From Ignavibacteriaceae bacterium (GTDB taxonomy: Bacteria > Bacteroidota > Ignavibacteria > Ignavibacteriales > Ignavibacteriaceae), in the NCBI GenBank assembly GCA_023231105.1, contig JALNWB010000001.1, positions 18,276-82,275 of the forward strand: a stretch of DNA of 64,000 nt. Direction: 5' to 3'. Both the position numbers and the translations under genes were made by a program. Below, piece after piece: positions 52,954 through 62,259 of this stretch. Each line of letters opens with the position of its first letter. Positions within the stretch are counted from its first letter, which is position 1. Under the pieces are notes generated by a model, which saw only the letters and a list, made by a program, of their open reading frames with translations, did not search any database and was not told the origin of the DNA.

Positions 52954-52971
52954 ACATAAGGAATTAAAAAA

Positions 52972-53520
52972 ATGGGATTCGGAGAAATATTATCACCACG
53001 AATTAAAGTTGGGACGGTCGATAACCCGGAGCTTTATTACAAAGCATTGTCGGGTTCTCAACTTGTTCTTTCCGTCTTAGACGGTTCAAATAATTTAGTT
53101 GCAAGAGGAACCGGAATGAATTGGAATGAACAGTTTCAACAAACCGATTTAGCGGAATGGGGACAACGCCATTCCTTGGAAATTGTTACCGGCAGACAAC
53201 CGATCGGACAATTAACGATCCAGACGTTTTTCTTTATGCACTTGAATGATTCATTGCCAACTACTTCAGGATTAAAAGAATGGGCTGTTAGTGAACTGAG
53301 CGCAATTGTACAAATAGCAGAACATGAAGATCCGGCTATGGCAGGAACTATCATTGATGCCTTTGAAGGTGTAAAAATTGCCGGACAAAGCGGTAATTGG
53401 AACGCGCAAAGTCAGTACATGAAAAATATGTCATTGGTTTATCGAGTCCGTCTTAACGGACTTGAATGGAAGCAAATCCATGCAGATGGAGTTGCATATC
53501 CGGCTAAGAAAGCATCTTAA
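52972..53520 (+). CDS. tail tube protein
   Basis: This 182-aa gene lies directly after the sheath gene. Confidence 0.65.
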   Translation: MGFGEILSPRIKVGTVDNPELYYKALSGSQLVLSVLDGSNNLVARGTGMNWNEQFQQTDLAEWGQRHSLEIVTGRQPIGQLTIQTFFFMHLNDSLPTTSGLKEWAVSELSAIVQIAEHEDPAMAGTIIDAFEGVKIAGQSGNWNAQSQYMKNMSLVYRVRLNGLEWKQIHADGVAYPAKKAS

Positions 53521-53589
53521 TTAATTATTCACCATATCCTCCCGCCTTTTGTGTAAAAGCAAGGGGTGGGAGTAATTTTAGAGGCAAAA

Positions 53590-54051
53590 ATGGACAGCAG
53601 CATTAGAGAAAAGATTTCGTTTACGATAGATGAAAAGACCTTTGAATTCTTTGCAGAAGCAACAGCAATAGAAAGCAGACAAATACGCAACGAGATGGCG
53701 GAACTTCTTGGAGGTATCGAGAATTTATTAAGTCTGGAAAATTTGATAAGTCGAGAGTATAGTGCATACTATGACAAACTTGATAAGTTACCCGGGAGCA
53801 AAGAAGCGGAAGAAAAGAAGGATGAAGTTTTTGACGCAATGATAAAAGATCAGAAATTTTATTTAAAGCTCTTATCGGTAATCAATGAAAAGAAAAACTT
53901 ACAGCAGCTTGCCTTCTTAAAGGTAATGTGCATTAAGCCTTATGGATATGATTTCTATTCGCAGAAGGAAGAGTACCTAAGAAAAATTGTTGTAGAGTTA
54001 GACAAGAAATTAGATGAAGTAAAAAAAAAGTTACCAGGCTTAGAGGCTTAA
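53590..54051 (+). CDS. tail assembly chaperone (gpG-like, frame 0 product)
   Basis: It lies downstream of the tube gene and ends 20 nt after an A9G slippery run. I prefer the ATG at 53590 after GAGGCAAAA over the GTG at 53566. Confidence 0.6.
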   Translation: MDSSIREKISFTIDEKTFEFFAEATAIESRQIRNEMAELLGGIENLLSLENLISREYSAYYDKLDKLPGSKEAEEKKDEVFDAMIKDQKFYLKLLSVINEKKNLQQLAFLKVMCIKPYGYDFYSQKEEYLRKIVVELDKKLDEVKKKLPGLEA

Positions 54052-54362
54052 TAAATCTTGACGGAAATGAGTGTTTACTCTCTGATGATTTCGCAAAGGA
54101 AATAGAAGATCGTTCTACTTTCAGGCAATTCTGGAAAGACCACTATGGATACAGCAGTAACGATGAACGGTATCTAACAGCTACTGATTCTCAGATATTA
54201 AGCGACTACCTTGATCTTAAAATAAAGGGCTTTAAAGAAAAATATCCGGACGCATTTATCTTAAAGACGGCGAAGAATAGAGCCTTGGATCCACGGTATG
54301 ATGAAAAAACAAATTTGGCATTCAAGGAAGCTTTAAAAAATATTGAGATAGTGCATATATAA
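53590..54362 (+). CDS. tail assembly chaperone, -1 frameshift product (gpGT-like)
   Basis: The -1 frame is open for 110 codons from 54030 to TAA at 54360-54362. It has no usable internal start until near its end. Entry would occur via A AAA AAA AAG at 54021-54030. Confidence 0.55.
54021..54030 (+). other. -1 programmed ribosomal frameshift slippery site (A9G)
   Basis: The run AAAAAAAAAG lies 20 nt before the frame-0 stop of the chaperone gene, and the -1 frame is open for 110 further codons. Confidence 0.6.
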
Positions 54363-54445
54363 AAGTTAATACAAGACTTGTTTTATAAAATAACATTTTA
54401 TAAGTTTGTATTGTCATTTAAAACAATTATTCAAAGGAAAAACAA

Positions 54446-54901
54446 ATGGACAAGGAAATTAACCACGAAAGCAAAGATCAAGGACTCGAGGATTTCCTAA
54501 AATTCAGAGCAGATCTTTTTAACCAACGATTAAAATCTTTAGGTATAAACGCCAAGATAAGCGTAAACACCGACGAAGAAAAGATGACATTTCTTAATTG
54601 CTTAAGAGAAATTACGGATGAAGATCCTCTCAAAGAACAAAAAACCGATTTAGAAAAATTTGTTGAGTTATATTTATCCTTTGGGGTACAGTGCATTGTT
54701 AAAGAGGGGATAGACGAGAAATCAAAACAAGAAGTTAAAACAATCCGGTTCCAAAACACAAACGGATTGAATGAATATGGACTTGACAATCTACCAGAAG
54801 GTTTAACCACCTCAGAAAAGTTTGACGGATACGGTGATTCATTTACGCTGATAACCTTTTCTAAAGACGGGGAATTTTTATGCCAAGGATTTTGGGGATA
54901 A
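54446..54901 (+). CDS. hypothetical protein (cassette between chaperone and tape measure)
   Basis: AAAGGAAAAACAA precedes the ATG. An AT-rich region with inverted repeats lies upstream. Confidence 0.5.
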   Translation: MDKEINHESKDQGLEDFLKFRADLFNQRLKSLGINAKISVNTDEEKMTFLNCLREITDEDPLKEQKTDLEKFVELYLSFGVQCIVKEGIDEKSKQEVKTIRFQNTNGLNEYGLDNLPEGLTTSEKFDGYGDSFTLITFSKDGEFLCQGFWG

Positions 54902-54929
54902 ACCATAACAGGCTTAAAGGAGCAGAGAA

Positions 54930-55127
54930 ATGAGCAAAAGAATCATCAGTTTTATTAGAATATTCTTCACTTTAATGTTGATTGATGCTGTTTATCTTGA
55001 GGCGGGGATATTCACAGCTATATCAATATCTTTAATTGCGATTGCATTAGAGATACAAGCAGAATTAAATAAGCATTATTTGAAAGAGGGAGATGACAAG
55101 CCACGGGCGGTGAAAAATGATATTTAA
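54930..55127 (+). CDS. small membrane protein (2 TM)
   Basis: AAAGGAG precedes the ATG. The predicted helices are IISFIRIFFTLMLIDAVYL and IFTAISISLIAIALEI. Confidence 0.5.
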   Translation: MSKRIISFIRIFFTLMLIDAVYLEAGIFTAISISLIAIALEIQAELNKHYLKEGDDKPRAVKNDI

Positions 55128-55350
55128 ACCGAAAGATATTCTGACAAAAAAGATAAAATTAAAAGACTCCTTAAAAGAGAATTATGAAGATAACTTTGAG
55201 GAAGATGAATGCAAGAAAATGTTAAGTGGAAAATGTAAAATACTAGAAATAAACGAAAATGGTGAATTTGCCATTGGCTATAGAGGTAAACTATTATTGG
55301 CATGGTTAGACTTAGAAGACTTTGAATTTGTAGTTGCAAATTCCATTTAA
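55117..55350 (+). CDS. hypothetical protein
   Basis: It overlaps the upstream gene by 11 nt and is followed by a strong terminator. Confidence 0.45.
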   Translation: MIFKPKDILTKKIKLKDSLKENYEDNFEEDECKKMLSGKCKILEINENGEFAIGYRGKLLLAWLDLEDFEFVVANSI

Positions 55351-55380
55351 TCACCAACTAACCCGCAATTAAATAAAAAT

Positions 55381-55420
55381 AAACCTCCGAAGTTTTTAAA
55401 ATTTCGGAGGTTTTTCATTT
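55381..55420 (+). terminator. intrinsic terminator
   Basis: The stem AAACCTCCGAA/TTCGGAGGTTT is followed by TTTTTCATTTT. Confidence 0.8.
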
Positions 55421-55431
55421 TAAAACCTTTC

Positions 55432-55473
55432 CTCAAATTTCAACCCTTCGGAGAATAAGTAAATGATTAAATA
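55432..55473 (+). promoter_or_regulatory. late regulatory element copy D
   Basis: The core lies at 55439-55454 and TTAAAT at 55467-55472, upstream of the tape measure gene. Confidence 0.6.
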
Positions 55474-55521
55474 AGCGTCGTATTTAACCAAGTATTTACT
55501 CAGTATCATCTCTATAAATCT

Positions 55522-58500
55522 ATGAATAATGACAGCGAATTAGCTCTTTCCATAAGAGCAAAAATTTTACCGATGATTGAGGGAAGCAATGAATTTTTCT
55601 CCCAACTTGAACAAACCCCACAGCGTATTACCGCACCAATGCAACAGCTTACGCAAAATCCAATATTTCAGCAAGGAATGTCTCCGAAGGCGATGCAGCA
55701 GGCAAATGCCCTTGCTAATGACTTTGAAGGACTTGAGGATTATGAGAAAAGAATAAGGGATTTACGGAATGAAATTGCAACTACTATTAAAGCTTCAGAA
55801 CTGAGTGAACAGCCGTTGACAAGACGCGATGTGTTTGGCGTGCATAAAAAGATGTTACAAGAACAAGCTGAATTAGAAGATTTTCAAAAAAAACAAATGG
55901 CGGCTATTGATGAAATGGATTTCTCGAAAGAAAAAAGAAGAAAACTGAAGAGCCTAGACTATGATAAAGATCGGCAATTAAGCGATATAGACAGAGATAA
56001 AGGTTGGCAATTAAGCGAGTTAGACAAAGATAAGAAAAGAAGAGACATATTGCATAAACCTCTCACAGAAGAAGAAATAAAAACGAAGCAGGAAAGCATA
56101 GAAGAAGAGACAAAAACGAAAAAGGAAAGCATATCTAAACAATACGATGAACAGCGTTTAGTTTTGCTTGACGAAATAAAATCTTTGGACATGAAAAAAG
56201 AGTTTATGAAGGAAGCTCTTGTAAGCGGAATAAAAGACGCATCCTCCGGGTTAGACGAGTTGAACCCGAAGTTGAAAGAAATGGTTGGGCAGATGAAAGA
56301 AGGGGGCGAGGCGGGAAAAGGCATCTATACAATGCTACAGCAAGGAGGTTATTTGGCTTTGATGGGAAACGCAACGCAGACGGCTATGAATTGGACATTA
56401 AGTGAAGCAAGAATAAGCGCGAAAGAACTTACATCATTTAACTTAACCTCTCCAATGGGAAGTTATGCAGCCGGAGAAGAAGCGAAGGTTTTTAAGGAAA
56501 CAACTGAACGGACAAGAGAAAGTGAACTTATAGGCAAGCTTGTTGGCGCTGTTGCGGCTATAGCATTAACCACGGTTACCGGAGGCGCGGGAGCGATACC
56601 AATTGCGGCGATGGCTGCGGGCGGTTCTATGTTCGGCGGAATGATAGGAGGACAATTTGCGGAAATAGAAAATACCGAGAGCAGGGCAAAGTTAGAGGCG
56701 GATATTAAATACAGATCAGAGGCTTATGCAGAGGCATCAAGATTAGTTCAATCTTCTATGGCTTATGATATCAGCAAGTTTAAGGCAGGACAAAGATTTG
56801 GGAAAGAAGGTATTGGCGGAAGTGTGCTTGGTTATTCACCGGACGAGACTTTGGAGTTACAGAAAAGTTTTGCCGAACAATACGGAAAGATGGATGAAGA
56901 TTTGTTTAAGGAACAAACTTTATTTGCACGTAAAAGCGGACTTGATCCAAGGCAGATGTATCAGTTTGGAGAAATGGAACGGTTGACGGGGAACAAACTT
57001 AGTTACGGTGAATTTTCGGAAGTGGAGAAGAAATCGCAACAGTTGTTTGGAACCGACGTTGATAAGGAGAGAGTAGTTGACATACTGAAGGATATTCGTG
57101 ATGTATCAATGAAGCAACTTAAAGCTGGAATTGATACGCACGAGGCGATTAGGTTTGCGGTGGATTTGCCGAGAATGTTAATGGGGAACGCTTCTCCCTA
57201 CGGAAGAGCGGGAGATTTAGGGGCGGAAACATCAAGCGCGTTTGAGAGATTTGGGAACCCGCAAAACTTGGCGCAAGAATCGGTGTTAATGAGAGCTTGG
57301 GGAGAAAACGGGATGTTTGGAGACGATGGATATTTGTCCCGAAGACGAGAAGGGATAATGAACCCAAGAAACTTTAGATCGGCAATAGAAGAATACAGGC
57401 GAGAAGGCGGTTACACAGATAAAGGAGCGCAGGCAATAATGGAGGGGATTGATCCGGGAAGGACTATGGCTAAACCAATTTACGATAAATTTGTTGGTTT
57501 GTTTGGAGAAAAAGGTGAGGCGCAGTATGATGAATATAAACTTGATAAGAATGGGAAAAGAATAGCGATAAAGGGCGAAAAAGATGAGAAGGGGGAACAA
57601 AAATATGAGATGGAATCGAAGACGGTAAAGTTAGAAGAATTCTATAAAATGGTAGAAAGCGAAGGAAAGGCAATAGGTGAGGGAGGAAAAGAATTTCTTG
57701 AAACGCTGAAACAGGCAAACAGTTTTAGAAGTGCAGAGGAAGCGCAACAGGTGTTAATTAGGGAAAAGAATCTTGCATCCGCAGAAGCATTTAAGCAGAC
57801 AATTTTTGACGGGCAAAAAGCGCAGGCGGGGTTTTGGGTAGATATGGGTAAGAACGCCGATGTCCAAAAAGATATGATTGAAACGGTGCGGAAAGGGATT
57901 GATGCACAGTATGCATGGATGATAACGAGCGGGATTGAAAAGAATCCGGTTAAGATCAAAGATTTTCTTAACGAGCAAAAAGAAGAGGCTTATGAACGGG
58001 CGGGGATAAAAGACCCGAACAAACTTAGTATTGAGAAAAGACGTGAAATACTTGAAGAACAAGGATACAAAGAAATAGAGCGAAGAGTTCAACAAGCCGG
58101 ATCATTACCGGATGAAATGAAAGATTCAAGGTTTTCTGATGAAAAAAACAAAGCAGATAAAGGACATGGGTTTAAAGAAGATAGAGATGCAATAAAGGAA
58201 TTAAAAAAACAAAAAGAGGGGGAACCGAATGAAGCAATAATAGATGTGTTAAAATACATAGATCAGCCATCGGAACTTCCCGGCAAGGAGAAGGCAAAGA
58301 ATTTAATGGAGATGCTAAATGAGATAAAGCAATCGATGAAGCTGGAACCTCAATCTTCCCTTTATGGTGAACCGCAAAGACAAACACCGGAGACAAAAGA
58401 ATTAACCGCAAGATTAGAAGGATTAGAAACGCTAAATAGAACTATTGATGTTCTTATTAACCGGTTCGATACTTTGGGGGATAAAATAGAGATTGCGTCC

Positions 58501-58590
58501 CTTCGGCAAGGCGGTGTAAGGGTTGAAGTTAAGAGCGCGGACAAAGATGTTTACGGACAGCAAACTGATTTTATTGAAGATAGAGCTTAA
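55522..58590 (+). CDS. tail tape measure protein
   Basis: This 1022-aa protein has long helical Lys/Glu-rich regions and a central Gly/Ala hydrophobic segment (GAVAAIALTTVTGGAGAIPIAAMAAGGSMFGGMIGGQF). It is the first gene after late element copy D. Confidence 0.8.
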   Translation: MNNDSELALSIRAKILPMIEGSNEFFSQLEQTPQRITAPMQQLTQNPIFQQGMSPKAMQQANALANDFEGLEDYEKRIRDLRNEIATTIKASELSEQPLTRRDVFGVHKKMLQEQAELEDFQKKQMAAIDEMDFSKEKRRKLKSLDYDKDRQLSDIDRDKGWQLSELDKDKKRRDILHKPLTEEEIKTKQESIEEETKTKKESISKQYDEQRLVLLDEIKSLDMKKEFMKEALVSGIKDASSGLDELNPKLKEMVGQMKEGGEAGKGIYTMLQQGGYLALMGNATQTAMNWTLSEARISAKELTSFNLTSPMGSYAAGEEAKVFKETTERTRESELIGKLVGAVAAIALTTVTGGAGAIPIAAMAAGGSMFGGMIGGQFAEIENTESRAKLEADIKYRSEAYAEASRLVQSSMAYDISKFKAGQRFGKEGIGGSVLGYSPDETLELQKSFAEQYGKMDEDLFKEQTLFARKSGLDPRQMYQFGEMERLTGNKLSYGEFSEVEKKSQQLFGTDVDKERVVDILKDIRDVSMKQLKAGIDTHEAIRFAVDLPRMLMGNASPYGRAGDLGAETSSAFERFGNPQNLAQESVLMRAWGENGMFGDDGYLSRRREGIMNPRNFRSAIEEYRREGGYTDKGAQAIMEGIDPGRTMAKPIYDKFVGLFGEKGEAQYDEYKLDKNGKRIAIKGEKDEKGEQKYEMESKTVKLEEFYKMVESEGKAIGEGGKEFLETLKQANSFRSAEEAQQVLIREKNLASAEAFKQTIFDGQKAQAGFWVDMGKNADVQKDMIETVRKGIDAQYAWMITSGIEKNPVKIKDFLNEQKEEAYERAGIKDPNKLSIEKRREILEEQGYKEIERRVQQAGSLPDEMKDSRFSDEKNKADKGHGFKEDRDAIKELKKQKEGEPNEAIIDVLKYIDQPSELPGKEKAKNLMEMLNEIKQSMKLEPQSSLYGEPQRQTPETKELTARLEGLETLNRTIDVLINRFDTLGDKIEIASLRQGGVRVEVKSADKDVYGQQTDFIEDRA

Positions 58591-58592
58591 AC

Positions 58593-60242
58593 ATGGGGAG
58601 AATAATTGAGATAAAACAACCGAAGCAGCGGAAAGTTATTCCGGAGGTAATTGTTTACCGGAACCATGCAAAAAATCTTGCGGACTTACAATTTGACGCG
58701 AGTAGGTATGCATACTCAATTAATACTTTTAATGATGTTGACGGAATTCTTGCGACGGCAAGGTTAACATTCACCTCAGCAATAGCTCCGGCTGGATTGA
58801 ACATTGGTCATAATCAATTTTATAATTTGATGAAAGTAAAAGTTGCAGTAGGGAGTATCATCACTATTAAAATTGATGGACGAACCGATAAACCGGATTT
58901 TCTCGGGATGGTGGACCGGATTTATGAAGGCAAAGTTTCGGACGGAAGCAGTGTTGGCAGAACAGTAAATATTAATTGCAGCCTTCTTCTTCCAAAGTTG
59001 TTGATAAAAGATTCTATTCCAAACTCACCCGTGTTAAGCGCGGACAAAGAATATTTAGAACCGAGACTTGGAAAGGAAAGATTAAAGTTTTGGACATACT
59101 TAAGGGGAGCGAATATTGATGCAGAGGATTACCCCTTTAACAAACCGCCGATAAACGGTATAAAATGGGTGTTGGAAAACATGCCAGGTACGAATATCAT
59201 AAACAGTCCATTGCAGAAAACGGTAAAAGAAATACTTGACGGTAATGTTACAGACGCGGACGGAGTACCTATTTTTAATTTCGAAATGTTGAATAACGAA
59301 ATAATGTTCGATCCTTCAAGTTCGGTATTTTTTGGAACGGTGTACGAGTACCTACGAAAATTTTTAGATAATTATTTTTATGAATTGTTTTTCGATACGG
59401 TAAAGGGGAAAAACGGAGAGGCGTACAACCAGATGACGATAAGAACAAAACCTTACTCTTACAGTGATAGCAAGAAAAACGGCTGGAAAATTTGGAATGA
59501 TCTTGACACGGTTGTTTTTAAATCGGAATACAGAATCCGTGAGGAATTAGGTACGGATGATTTTGAGCTGAAGAATTTCTTTTCAACCACATATACAAGC
59601 AGCTTAATAGCAAACCAGGAATTAGCATTAGGGAAACTTGGAGTAATGTTTCCGATCATAAACTTAGCGAGCATAAAAGAATATGGATTGAGGGAAATTG
59701 CAGTAAACTCAACAAATTTGAACATACGCGAACTGACCGATGAGATAAAGAAAAAATTAGAAAACGGCGAAACACCAACGGAAGAAGAAAAGGGAAAAGA
59801 GTTTGAATGGTTGTTAAACAAGCGAGATAAGGTTTTTGAATGGAATGTTTGTAATGAACTTTTCGATAAGGGGACACTTACGGCATTGGGGAATAGTGGA
59901 TACAGAATAGGAAGAAAACTTTTCTACCAGGACAAAGAGTATTGGTATCCTTATGATGATATGGAAAATAAAACCCAAAAATTTACCGGAGTTGAATACT
60001 ATATAAAGAACGTTGCTCAAAGTTGGACTTACGGCGCTGAATGGCATTCAACAATGCAACTGACGCGCGGGCAAGCAAAGGGAGTAATTGAAAAACATAT
60101 TAAGGCTTTAGAAGCGGCCGCAGATACTATTTACAAGAAAAACAATTTGGAAGGGAAAACAACAGCCACAACGCCGATAGATACTTCAGAGAATAGAGAT
60201 AATTATGAGAAAGACATTAACGGATTATTTAACATAGCATGA
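58593..60242 (+). CDS. baseplate hub / distal tail protein (by position)
   Basis: It lies immediately after the tape measure gene and has no motif I recognise. Confidence 0.4.
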   Translation: MGRIIEIKQPKQRKVIPEVIVYRNHAKNLADLQFDASRYAYSINTFNDVDGILATARLTFTSAIAPAGLNIGHNQFYNLMKVKVAVGSIITIKIDGRTDKPDFLGMVDRIYEGKVSDGSSVGRTVNINCSLLLPKLLIKDSIPNSPVLSADKEYLEPRLGKERLKFWTYLRGANIDAEDYPFNKPPINGIKWVLENMPGTNIINSPLQKTVKEILDGNVTDADGVPIFNFEMLNNEIMFDPSSSVFFGTVYEYLRKFLDNYFYELFFDTVKGKNGEAYNQMTIRTKPYSYSDSKKNGWKIWNDLDTVVFKSEYRIREELGTDDFELKNFFSTTYTSSLIANQELALGKLGVMFPIINLASIKEYGLREIAVNSTNLNIRELTDEIKKKLENGETPTEEEKGKEFEWLLNKRDKVFEWNVCNELFDKGTLTALGNSGYRIGRKLFYQDKEYWYPYDDMENKTQKFTGVEYYIKNVAQSWTYGAEWHSTMQLTRGQAKGVIEKHIKALEAAADTIYKKNNLEGKTTATTPIDTSENRDNYEKDINGLFNIA

Positions 60243-61159
60243 AAAAGAAAAATGAAAATATTGTAGCAAAAGAGAAAGTATTTTTTCTCGGTAAATTAAT
60301 TTTTGACCGGAAGCAGATGAATACTTTTTTCCGTGATCAAAACGGAGTGCTGCATGATTTACTGAAGATTAGTTTTTCTTCCAAAGAATTTAACAGCGAA
60401 GACGGCGATTTGATTTTACCGAAGCCGGAGATCATAGATGGGAACGGCGCTATTGAAGAATCGGGTGATATGTTGCTTTACAGTTATATAAACGGGAACC
60501 CCGATGATATTGTAATAATATCTTCCATTTATAACATAAAACTTTCGCATGTAGATAAACAGTTGAGGATGGGAACGGATGATATTGACGCGATAAGAAA
60601 GCGAATTGGGGTAAGAAATAACAAGAAACGCTATTTGGTGATAAATGATGACGGTGCCGGTAATTATTATTTTTATCTGAAGGGAAAGGACAAAAACGGG
60701 AATGTAGCGGTAAAAATAACCGGTGACGGCGAAGGGAACGGAAATTTTAAGTTTGAGTTGAACGGAAAATGTTTGCTTAAACAGGTTGACGACAAAGGGG
60801 AATTGATAAGTAAAATATTTATGGATAACACCAAGGACGCAGAAAAAACCATATTTGAGGATAAGCACCAAAACGTAATTACCATGAGCAAGGATGGAGT
60901 GACTATTACCGATCAGAATAAGAATTTGGTGGAACTGAACAAAAAAGGAATGATCGTTAAAGGGGAATGTATTGATGTAAAAGGGAGAGATTCAACGGGC
61001 ACATTAACTCTTAAAAAAATATTAACTGATTTAGTGCAAGCAATACTAGCAATGACACAACCAACAAACACCGGCGCTACCGTAGGTCCACCGGTTAATA
61101 TGGCTGACTTTTTAAAAGTAAAACAAGACGCGGAAAAATTGTTAAAGGAGAATAGTTGA
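60239..61159 (+). CDS. baseplate central spike-like protein (by position)
   Basis: It is coupled to the upstream gene by a 4-nt overlap. It is beta-rich with a conserved-looking C-terminal helix. The call is weak. Confidence 0.3.
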   Translation: MKKKNENIVAKEKVFFLGKLIFDRKQMNTFFRDQNGVLHDLLKISFSSKEFNSEDGDLILPKPEIIDGNGAIEESGDMLLYSYINGNPDDIVIISSIYNIKLSHVDKQLRMGTDDIDAIRKRIGVRNNKKRYLVINDDGAGNYYFYLKGKDKNGNVAVKITGDGEGNGNFKFELNGKCLLKQVDDKGELISKIFMDNTKDAEKTIFEDKHQNVITMSKDGVTITDQNKNLVELNKKGMIVKGECIDVKGRDSTGTLTLKKILTDLVQAILAMTQPTNTGATVGPPVNMADFLKVKQDAEKLLKENS

Positions 61160-61160
61160 A

Positions 61161-61412
61161 ATGGCATTAGCGACAATGGCACTACAAACAGCATTAGAGG
61201 CAGCATTAACTGCGAACATCCCTTCAGCCGAAGGTACTGAAAAAGCAAAAGCCATGGCAAAAGCTTTGGCAACGGCAATGGCTACCGCAATGGAAACGTT
61301 TGTAAGAAGCGGCACGGTGGCATTTGCCCCGGGGACAGTGACCGGGATAGCAACTCCGGTAACCGGAGGACCAATAACGGCGGGAGCTGCAACCGGCGGG
61401 GCGATTACGTGA
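61161..61412 (+). CDS. small Ala/Thr/Gly-rich protein
   Basis: The sequence reads MALATMALQTALEAALTAN...GTVTGIATPVTGGPITAGAATGGAIT. Compositional bias also creates two minus-strand shadow ORFs here. Confidence 0.4.
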   Translation: MALATMALQTALEAALTANIPSAEGTEKAKAMAKALATAMATAMETFVRSGTVAFAPGTVTGIATPVTGGPITAGAATGGAIT

Positions 61413-61415
61413 AAA

Positions 61416-61457
61416 TTCAAATTTCAACCCTTCGGAGAGAGAGAGAATACTTAAATA
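61416..61457 (+). promoter_or_regulatory. late regulatory element copy E
   Basis: The core lies at 61423-61438 and TTAAAT at 61451-61456, upstream of the gene at 61501. Confidence 0.6.
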
Positions 61458-61500
61458 ACGAACGTATTAAACAAAGTATTTACCCTAAGTATTATTGCCA

Positions 61501-62259
61501 ATGAAACTCTATTTCAACATACCACAAATGCCCTATATCGTTTTTGAACTTTTGAGGATCAAGATAGATGATTACGTGGATGAAAACTATGTAGCTGAGA
61601 GTGTAGATACTATTTATTTGCAAACTTTCCCGGAACAGTATGATTTTAGGTTAAGGGCAAGAGACGCAATGACGCAAACCGATAGCGAAGTATTTATAAA
61701 TAAATATGATTTTGCACCGGAACGATTGAGTTTTAATGGTACGTTTGGGGTAAAAGACCGGGGTATGATGAGCGGATACAACAGGTTAAAACAGTTCGAG
61801 AAAGAAATTATCAGAAGAAGTAAAACAGCAAGTTTACCTAACGCCGGAGACGGCGAACGGTTTATTTATGTAGTAAATTTTTATGGATTTGAATTCGGCA
61901 AGTTTGGGAATATAAATGTTTCTACGTGGAATACTCGCGGAAACGCTAGAGAAAATTCGGACTTAATAAAATATTCTTTTGAATTTGATATTATCGGTAA
62001 ACTTGTAAAAACAAATTCGAAAGACCCTTTGCTTACGGCGCTGAATGAAGTTTTCGGGGAAGACGGACTTATTGCCGATGCACTTGATTACGTGAATAGT
62101 AATGAGACGGTGCAGAATGTTTACCAGGGTATGGGAACCATGAAGCAGCTTTCAACTTTACCTCAGCAAGGATTAAGCTTTGTTGCTGATACCATAACAA
62201 ACGCAATTAAAGATGTAGGGAAATTTGTTACTACAAGACCGGAAGGGGGAATATTCTAA
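61501..62259 (+). CDS. baseplate/tail protein (by position)
   Basis: It is the first gene after late element copy E. I prefer the ATG at 61501 over the TTG at 61495. Confidence 0.45.
   Translation: MKLYFNIPQMPYIVFELLRIKIDDYVDENYVAESVDTIYLQTFPEQYDFRLRARDAMTQTDSEVFINKYDFAPERLSFNGTFGVKDRGMMSGYNRLKQFEKEIIRRSKTASLPNAGDGERFIYVVNFYGFEFGKFGNINVSTWNTRGNARENSDLIKYSFEFDIIGKLVKTNSKDPLLTALNEVFGEDGLIADALDYVNSNETVQNVYQGMGTMKQLSTLPQQGLSFVADTITNAIKDVGKFVTTRPEGGIF

Noticed and set aside
1306-56986. Several + strand ORFs are nested in alternative frames (1306-1566, 7916-8137, 22716-22901, 30621-30815, 38906-39106, 56765-56986).
   Set aside because: They are fully embedded in longer, motif-supported genes and have no independent start context. 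They are most likely spurious.
58141-58150. An A7 run inside the tape measure gene, and other A-runs (for example 8007-8016 and 43134-43140), could be additional frameshift sites.
   Set aside because: No extended alternative reading frame opens downstream of these runs, unlike the A9G site at 54021.
17436-61457. The five copies of TCAAATTTCAACCCTTCGGAGA might be taken for a CRISPR-like repeat array.
   Set aside because: The copies are 6-19 kb apart and separated by genes. They are not arranged as 25-40-nt repeats with similar-sized spacers, and no cas genes are present. They fit promoter or regulatory elements instead.
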